In this document: piece by piece, positions 37,662-45,841 of the stretch
How positions within the stretch are numbered: position 1 is the first letter of the stretch
Layout of the letters: each line of letters opens with the position of its first letter
Assembly (NCBI GenBank): GCA_002256025.1
Contig: NKIB01013053.1
Location: 1 to 64,000 of the forward strand
DNA: 64,000 bases
Origin: Asterionella formosa
Taxonomy: Eukaryota
Direction: 5' to 3'
Position numbers and translations under genes: made by a program
Notes under the pieces: generated by a model
Database searches by the model: none
What the model was told of the DNA's origin: nothing
The model's input: the letters and a program-made list of their open reading frames with translations, nothing else

Positions 37662-39215
37662 TTAAGGTTGGTTTTTGTGATGCGACAATATCTCCAGCTG
37701 TGCATCAAACTCTTCTTGGCTGGGAAAATCTTGCTCATAATACGCATTCTTCTTCCGACGGACATTTGCAAAGGGTTCCAATGTAGTTGTCAGCAATGTT
37801 TGAAGTGGTGGTTTACCAATACCAAAACGCCCTCGAAACACGTTATCCAAGGCCCCTTGAAGTTTGTATAAAAGGCCCAAAAGGCCTGTTGGATTTGGTC
37901 CAAAGGATAATTCATACAGTGCTTTTCCTTCCGGTACTTGTCGTTTGGAATAGGATAACAATCTCTCCTTCAGACTTATGCTGCTATTTGTTGCTTGCGT
38001 AGTCAAACAATCTGCCAACACCATGGCATCTACCAAGGCTGAATTAAGACCTTGACCAGAAACCCCACCTGTAGCATGGGCAGCATCTCCCACCAAAACG
38101 GCAGTTCCTTGATAATTGTGATAGGTATTGCATGTTATGGACGTCGCCGATCCTGTTGCTTGGTTCATCAGCTGTTTGGCCAATTCTAAAAAGTCAGCTC
38201 CAGCCAATGTAGGGAAGGACTCCTCAATTGCGAGAGCTGTTTCTTCGATGGACACTGGATTTAGAATTGGATCGTCCTTATAACGAGCAGCAAATAGGAT
38301 ACATGAGCCATTGGCTGTTGGTTCAACAAATGCTGTGGTGGATCCTGACTTTGGAAGGATGAGACACACCGATGTTGGGTCCACCTTGGGTGGCGCGCAT
38401 TCCAGTCGACACACTTTGTAATCACCAGGAAGGGGCGTTTTTGTGAAAGAAAAATCTGGCCATGCCGATGCAATGGAATCTCGTACTATTGAGTTGACGC
38501 CATCACAACCAACAATCAAATCAAATGGACCTGCTGTGGCTTGGGTCGTCTTCATGTCACTAGTACTGGACGTAGTTACAATGGTTCCCTTTTCCACATT
38601 GCAAGAAATTACCTTGGTATCAAATGCAACGGAAAACCTGTCGTCACGTTTGTACCTGGCTTCCAATTCATCCAACAGAGCCGCACATAAATCGCTTTGA
38701 TACATGAGTACAGACGGTTCCGTCGCTCCATCGCCATCCGTGCCGTCCCTCAATTGGATTGGCACTCCAGCAATGTACAGTGTAAATCGTTCACTTTCAT
38801 ACCCCCTTGCCTTGACAGCTTCCCACAAGGCATCGTCTACACTCTGAATGGAAGTTCGTCCTCGAGTCCCTACTCCAAGAGCGTAAGCTCGTCCTTCCAG
38901 AACGTTCCATCCTCGTGGATCAGCTCGACTTTCAACTATAGAAACTTTCGTCCCTTTTGCCAACAACAATCGATGAGCGAGCAGTAGTCCAGAAGGACCA
39001 CCCCCAACAATGGCAATGTGACTCTTTTCAAGTAGAAACGAAGACGATGAGTCCGACGAGGGAGCCATTAACAGAAAGGTGCCATCCGTTGCTGTTGAAC
39101 GGATCTGGAGATGCTGTTGATGCTGCGGTATCACAGTAAAGGCGCTTGAGAATAATAGTAAGCTACACTGATGCCAAAGCAGCAAAGAAGAGAGCAAGAG
39201 GGAAGTCATCATCAT
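37662..39215 (-). CDS. FAD-dependent monooxygenase (kynurenine 3-monooxygenase-like), plastid-type targeting
   Basis: Motifs IAIVGGGPSGL, DLIVGCDGVNSIVR, VLVGDAAHATGGVSGQGLNSALVD. Signal peptide followed by SSA-FTVIP. Confidence 0.88.
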   Translation of the reverse strand: MMMTSLLLSSLLLWHQCSLLLFSSAFTVIPQHQQHLQIRSTATDGTFLLMAPSSDSSSSFLLEKSHIAIVGGGPSGLLLAHRLLLAKGTKVSIVESRADPRGWNVLEGRAYALGVGTRGRTSIQSVDDALWEAVKARGYESERFTLYIAGVPIQLRDGTDGDGATEPSVLMYQSDLCAALLDELEARYKRDDRFSVAFDTKVISCNVEKGTIVTTSSTSDMKTTQATAGPFDLIVGCDGVNSIVRDSIASAWPDFSFTKTPLPGDYKVCRLECAPPKVDPTSVCLILPKSGSTTAFVEPTANGSCILFAARYKDDPILNPVSIEETALAIEESFPTLAGADFLELAKQLMNQATGSATSITCNTYHNYQGTAVLVGDAAHATGGVSGQGLNSALVDAMVLADCLTTQATNSSISLKERLLSYSKRQVPEGKALYELSFGPNPTGLLGLLYKLQGALDNVFRGRFGIGKPPLQTLLTTTLEPFANVRRKKNAYYEQDFPSQEEFDAQLEILSHHKNQP

Positions 39216-39839
39216 GGTCAAAAGAAACAGCTGTTGCAAAACAAGCGATTCGTTGGCTGTGGAATGTGTTTTTGTGAACAACTGTAATCAATTACCGGTA
39301 TATAGTCACTGACATAACTGATCACTCCATCAGTCAAGGAGTGGTATATTTAATACCAGCAGTTAATAATAAAATATGTATACCGGTACTGGTACCGTAA
39401 TCTATTCGGTAAAACTCATTTTGTATATGTATTAGATATCATTTTATTATATCCAAGACAGAGATGATGTCAACATCATGAGCCATGATTTGATCATAAT
39501 GGCTGATGTTCGCAATAAAATATTTCAAAATTGATCATCAGGAGGATGAGGTAAGATATTAACACGTCACATACAATAGATTCTACACACGAGTGTACCA
39601 CAGGACGGAATCCAGAATCCGTTTGTATGCCATACTTGATGTCGAAATAGGGCAACAAGCAGCAAATTGTAAAATACACAAATGCATGTCGTATGAAATC
39701 GTGCATGGATTTGTACGGTAGACCCGCTTGTACATTGTTATTGTACTGGTACCAGGTACCAGGTTCTCAATGCACCACGTGACCAGTAATAGCAGTACAA
39801 ACATCACGCTATTTCGAGGTGTTGGATCTCTCTCTCATC

Positions 39840-40960
39840 ATGACAACAAATAGCAATTCAGATCGAAATTTCCAAATTCGGTTTGGGCCTGCTAATGATA
39901 TAAATGGCACCCTAATAGTCCAAAAAGCGCAACCACACTGGCTGTTTTGATCTACTAAGATTGTTATTCAATCATCATGACGAAGACTAATAATTCAAAT
40001 GGAACGCAAAATTCGGTTTGAGCCTGCTGACAGTTCAACTCGAAAAATATTATGATTTGCATTGATTTGTATGAACAAGGACCTGCTTAATGTTTTGAAT
40101 TGTTTAATAAAAGCCATCATAGGCAGTAGTAATGAAGAAGAATTCATATGCTGCATGGAAGAAAAGCGATAATTGATTTGGGGTTTGCTGACAGATAATG
40201 TAAAAATCAATTCTAGGTGGGTCGAGTTTTGTTTGAAAATAATCATGTGGAAATACAAACTCAATTGGATCCACTGATCATTCAATTGAAAACAAGCAAT
40301 TTGGTCAGGTTTGCGTCCACTAGTTTGAAAAGTGCATGCATACTGTTTGTTATGATTATATGATGAAGAATTATGATTCATATGGAAAGAAAAACGATTT
40401 GGGTCTGCTGATAAATGAACCAAATATAATAATTAGATTTCCGTAGACTAGGTTGAAAACTGCTTATTGCGTTGGACAATCAAAGATCATATGCTTAATG
40501 AAGGCTAATGATTCAAATTGAAAGCAAGACTTTGTGTGGGTCTGCTGAGAGTTCAACTCAATGAAACAATTCAATTTACGTCAAATGAATCATAAAATAC
40601 GTTATGCTGTTTTGATTCATTGAATAATTCCATCATCATGACAAAGTTTATTAATTTATAAATTAAAAGCGAAATTCAGAATGGGTCCACTGACAGCCAC
40701 TTCAACTCGAAAAACTTAATGTGATTTGATTTGCATCCACTTGTTAAAACAAGGACCAAGATAGCGAGTATTGAGTTGTTGGATAAATCCATAATCATAA
40801 GAAACAGATACTAGTAATGCATATGGAAAATGAAGATATATTTGGCTTAGTAACTGACAGATTAATTAAAAAACAAATTCTAATTGAGTCGAGTTTTGTT
40901 TGAAGAAGTGAAGGTTGGAACGGTAAGCTGTCAAACATTAAATGAGGTTCTGCTGACTGT
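39840..40960. repeat. Degenerate AT-rich tandem array (~135-165-bp units)
   Basis: Recurring core AATTCGGTTTGGGTCTGCTGACAGTTCAACTC at ~39874, 40009, 40171, 40391, 40531, 40671 and 40841. Confidence 0.7.
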
Positions 40961-41920
40961 AGCCAAGTTGTTGTGTTCGCGTGATGGAGGGAAAGATTTG
41001 TAACAAAAGAAATTAAATATAAGAAGCAAATCTAATGTCAAACATGCGTTGCTACTTAACTTGTTGAGAACCTGCATCAACTACTCAACGACTTCCTGCT
41101 AGGTCTCCCAAGCGCAACATGCATGCGCCAAGAGGCTGATACATAGGAACAGCCATCAAGTCATTTAGCCATGAAATGATGGAACATGGCTATGATGTGT
41201 GAGTGTGTTGATCGTGATGCAAGTATCAAAATTCTTTTCCAACCCACATGGACTGGCACTCACGGAAAACGTATCCATGTGCACAACACAGGATTCCATA
41301 AATTTATATAGCCTTAGGTAGGAAACTACTATGATCTAGTACCAGGCACCTGCCGAACAATCGTCTGGGAGAACGCCGTGTAGGTGATCTGCACTGTAAC
41401 TTGTTTATTAACCGGAAATCACTAGCTATACCGTATTCGTCGTGATGATCAACAGTTTCATCATTTTCTCAAATACCAGACAATTGTCCATTGGAGCTAC
41501 ATGGAATCCTGGTAGTTTGTCCGGTAGAACTGCATTGATGATGATATATTCTTACACAGATAATACTGTGGTGGTATAGTCAAGTATCGACAAAAATCGA
41601 TGCTACATTTAAAATAAACACATACATATATTATGGATAACATAAAACCCAAAGGATCAAGACAGCAAAATACTGGTACACACATAAAATCAAAAAAGGA
41701 TCGCACTCTCTCATCATCCATCCATGCCTCATGAAGTCATCGTTTGTAATTCCACAGAACTACTCCTGCAAATATTTGTCCCAAAATACATAACCAAATG
41801 GATCCATAATTTTATTCATAGGGCAGTAAATGCTTTGAACCTTAAATTCAACATTATTATTTATAAGGAAATTCAAATTTTATTCTCAATCACAAGGCTA
41901 TTATTATTTGGTTACTCTAG

Positions 41921-41992
41921 TAGGGAATGGCTCAGTGGTTTAGCACATTGCCTTTGATCTGAGGTTGTGAGGTTCGATTCCCGCAATTTTTT
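41921..41992 (+). other. tRNA-like (Gln-TTG-like) Pol III head / pseudo-tRNA
   Basis: A box TGGCTCAGTGG, TTAGCAC, loop CTTTGAT, B box GGTTCGATTCCC, then T6. The acceptor and anticodon stems do not pair. Confidence 0.5.
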
Positions 41993-42420
41993 CGAGAGGC
42001 AATTTTTTGGTTCAACTCCCACACTCTTTACCATCACACATGTTATTGCCTGATGAGCAAGAAATAGTGGGTTGCCCCCTACAAACAGCTTGTTCTGCCT
42101 TCCTAGGCGGTTGGAGTTTCCCCTAATGCTGCGGCTAAGAGAAATCAACTTTCGTGAAAGGTGGTTGGGGACTCACCTATTATGCTAACAAAACTAGGAA
42201 AGTACAGGTCTTGTTTGCAGGTAGCACAATCAAAGACTTGCCTATTGATAGGGGAGTGAAAATGGGCTATAAAACATACTATCCTTTTGATTATTTGGAA
42301 ACTATATACTATGTTACATTATAAAGCGTAGTGCACACAGTTGGAAAAGTTATTTTTCTCCATTGGACAAATATCATGACATAATTATAAATTGCATTTA
42401 TTGATTTTAGGCTGGAGATA

Positions 42421-43590
42421 TTATTCCATCAATCCAATTTTTTTCAAATAAGTAACATCCTTAACTGGCAATTCTGGGGCAGAGGGCACAACCAACTCCT
42501 GGAAACAAAATTCAACATCATGAGTGTTGTGAAAATTCTTCGAGAGATCCATGACACGAAATTCACGAACCAAGCGACGCTTTTGGAGCACCCACATGTG
42601 CCGTTCAAGGATACGTTGAATAACAACAACAGCAATAAAAACTCCAACAAACAGACCAATCACCGCAAGAATAATGGCGACGACAGCAAGAATGACAACA
42701 ATGACCGGGAGTCCATCATTACTATTGTCACCTATCTCACAACCATGACAACAATCACAAGTGCAATCCCCATCACAACCTGGACAATAGCAAGCATTAC
42801 CATTGCCACCGTAGTAGGAGTAATTTGGACAATAGTAGTAGTAGTAACCATCATGATATTCACGTCTAGCAGGATGTCGATGGATGGAAGTAGGTTGAGG
42901 ATGGATTTCAGGCGTTTCTTTTGTCACAACACTTCGTTCCCCCATTTCATTCATGGGCGGCACCATTGCGGCCGCCACCACAGCAGGGGCATTCATGTTC
43001 ACTTGAATATCCGTGTCGTGATTCTCTGGAACCTCCAGCATGACTTCCATGGCCTTTGACACAGAACAACTGTTACAGCACAACAAAAGGAGTCCATAAA
43101 ATCCAAGCCCAACGAGGACAAGAAACAAGCCACATGCATAGTACGTTCCAAACCTGCACCAATTGGTTTTACATGTCAGTGTAAGGGCTCCGTTCTCTCG
43201 ATCTATTAGCCACACGATTAATCCAGGAATCGCAATAACCAATTGCACCAAAAGGGTGGCAAAGCCAATGTCATGCGAGACGTAGAGGCAGTACTTGATC
43301 CGCTTGCCATGTGCTCCAGCCGCTGTTGCCTCCATGCGGTAGTTCGTCAAGCATTCCGTACACTTCGAAAAGGCAATCGAATCTGGATTGGTTGCTCTCC
43401 AATGATCGAGGCAGATACGATGTACCCATTTGGAAGAGCCCTTGCACGAGCACGGTGCGATCATCTCATTGGGCAAGTCGTCTTCAAGGCAAATTCGACA
43501 TACGCGTTCATGATCAGTAGAGCCATCGGCATGATCAGAGCATTCTTCCTTTGCCGCAACCGTTGAGTAGAGTGGACTAGATTGCATCAT
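42421..43590 (-). CDS. RING-CH (MARCH-type) membrane E3 ubiquitin ligase
   Basis: C4HC3 motif CRICLE...IAPCSCKGSSKWVHRICLDHW...CTEC, followed by TM helices and a Cys/Gly-rich segment. Confidence 0.9.
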   Translation of the reverse strand: MMQSSPLYSTVAAKEECSDHADGSTDHERVCRICLEDDLPNEMIAPCSCKGSSKWVHRICLDHWRATNPDSIAFSKCTECLTNYRMEATAAGAHGKRIKYCLYVSHDIGFATLLVQLVIAIPGLIVWLIDRENGALTLTCKTNWCRFGTYYACGLFLVLVGLGFYGLLLLCCNSCSVSKAMEVMLEVPENHDTDIQVNMNAPAVVAAAMVPPMNEMGERSVVTKETPEIHPQPTSIHRHPARREYHDGYYYYYCPNYSYYGGNGNACYCPGCDGDCTCDCCHGCEIGDNSNDGLPVIVVILAVVAIILAVIGLFVGVFIAVVVIQRILERHMWVLQKRRLVREFRVMDLSKNFHNTHDVEFCFQELVVPSAPELPVKDVTYLKKIGLME

Positions 43591-45204
43591 ATTCTATGAT
43601 TTGAGGAATCTTTAGAGAAGGTGTAGGCAAAGCACGTGACCCTGCCCCTGAAATCAATTCGAAGTAACAGCGAACATTTACCGTCTCGTCCGTTTCGTCT
43701 TTCTCCATACCGGTATTTAGACTAAATCGTCGCTTCGTGAGTACTTCGTTCGAAAATATTAGATCGGTTCATAGAATACTACAATAGCGAACAAGAAATG
43801 CTGAGTAGAAATAGGATAATGGTTTTTGAATTAGGTGCTAAGTAGGAAACGTGTCCCTTTCCCCCATCCGTGTTTAAATCCGGCTCCAATCTCTGGGTTC
43901 TGTGGCAGTCAAGTTGCGCTCTGCCGAGGGAGGGACTTAGGGTGGGTGGTTTGGACTGTAAATTGCATAAGGCTTGGCGATGCTTTAGACTGCTTCTCTG
44001 AAGCAATGCATAGTATTCAAAGAATTGTGCACTTCACCCCTGCACTAATTCACTGATGTTAACTTTGCATGGTTGCTATCTTCTTTCCTTGATTTAGCTG
44101 CTGATTCTTGTTGTTCGATTCAACACTAAAGCTAGAGCATAATAGTCGCATTGTTGCTATATTGATGTTTCAGCTTCGACTGGCGCCTCCTTCGATTTGC
44201 GTTGTGTGGTTTATTTAGTAGTCCAGTGCTTGCCTGGTATAACTCCATCGCGTCAATCCTTGTCCGTAACTGTTGTTCTTGTTGGTAATGGCAATGCTCA
44301 TGCAGCCTTGGAGAGTAGCAGAGAAATATTACAATGTAGCCCAGGTAAGCAAAGTCATTCAATAGTGAACAGGCACAGTACTATGGTGGAAATATGTATG
44401 ACCAATACATATGTATGTTGAACAACCCATGCATGGATTTATACCGGGCAGCCAACAGCTACCTGGCTGGTACCTGGTACCAGACAGCAGTAAAACCAAC
44501 AGGGTATGAAATTAATTATATAGCACTTATTAGTAGAATTAAACATTTGGTAAGTGTTTTTCTCTGTCCTGCAATGATTGGGTTTGTTGTGATTTGCAAT
44601 GCAGTTGTTTATATCGTGATCCATTTATCGTTTACTTAGAGAGGAAGGGAAACCCTCTTCGGTTGGTCTCCTTTGACCAGAAGAGGATGACAACATTGTT
44701 GAAATCTAAAAGAGATGATGATCAATCTTTTGAGGAGGAGATTGATTGATATGTAACAATATGCATACCTATTTTGGCATGAGAAAGCCATTTCGAATTT
44801 TAGCAAGCAAGTCTTGAAATATTCCGGGAAATTAAATTTAGTCTTTCATGAATAGTAGATATATTTTTATATATTGCACTGACTGTTATTTTTAACTGTA
44901 CAAAAATTTGGTCAACATAAACACAAATTTTGGGGTTATGAGTGCAACAATTTATGTTACAATACTCATGGTATAATATTTTTTTCTATCAGAGCGCGCC
45001 CACTAATAAAAAAACAAGAAACTGATATTTCTTCACCACAACCCTAAGCCCTAACCCTTCAGCATTGTTGCAATGTGGTTCTTGTGCGTTGGTCTCCGGG
45101 TTTCGGCGATCTTTTGTGGTCGTTTAAGGTCTTCTGCGGTCTTTTGCGAACCTTGCGTTCTTTTAAGGCCTTTTCGTTCGGTCTGATACTAACAGGGTAC
45201 CAGA

Positions 45205-45295
45205 GCCAAATTGCGCTAATCTTGCTGTAACTAAAGATTTAGCTTTTTAAATCTTAGATCGAAATGCTTTTTCTGCAAAATTACCGCGACTTGCC
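45205..45295. mobile_element. ~90-bp TIR mini-element copy with both inverted termini
   Basis: Left end GCCAAATTGCGCTAATCTTGCTG matches the reverse complement of the right end CTGCAAAATTACCGCGACTTGCC at 17/23 positions. Confidence 0.65.
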
Positions 45296-45841
45296 AGATA
45301 TACAATTTCTTGGGCTTTATTGGAAGGAATGTTCTTATTGCCCCTGGATGTTTAATGCTTCACCAGAGGTCAAATTTGCTTTCAAGAAATGAGAGTCGCG
45401 CGTACTTTTCAAGAAGTACGCGATCTTCTTAGAAGTACCAGGTAGTCGAACTGCCTTCGTAGAAGTATGCGCGACTAGAATTTCGAATGATATTTGGAAA
45501 ATTAATAGCGAGGTCTGTGCATGATACACATGAGAAATTTTCCAGATAACGAGGAAGCACGGAGTTTCTTTTACCTCCCAGTACCAGGAGTACCTCGGAC
45601 CTACCGTACAAAGGATCATGTTGAATCAACGTACCGGTAAGGGGGTTGTGGTCTTATTCTTTGCTTGCTTCCCTCTTCTCTTTTTAGCTGATTTAAGTAG
45701 ACGAGGAAATATTATCATATGTATGTATGGATGCAGCCGCCGATGTATATTACCTACCGGTGTATATGTAAAAAAAACACATTATTTCTGATTTACAAAA
45801 CTAAATCTGGTGGAAGCCTCTGGCCCTCGTCTGTGTCCACC

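Noticed and set aside
39840..40960. CRISPR-like repeat/spacer array
   Set aside because: Cores are degenerate, the intervening sequences are homologous to each other, spacing is irregular and long, there are no cas genes and the context is eukaryotic.
41921..41992. Functional tRNA-Gln gene
   Set aside because: The acceptor and anticodon stems do not base-pair; kept only as tRNA-like.
45719..45841. N-terminal 41-aa extension of the rhodopsin kinase ORF
   Set aside because: AT-rich and UTR-like; the Met at 45842 has a better context (CACCATG). Not excluded.
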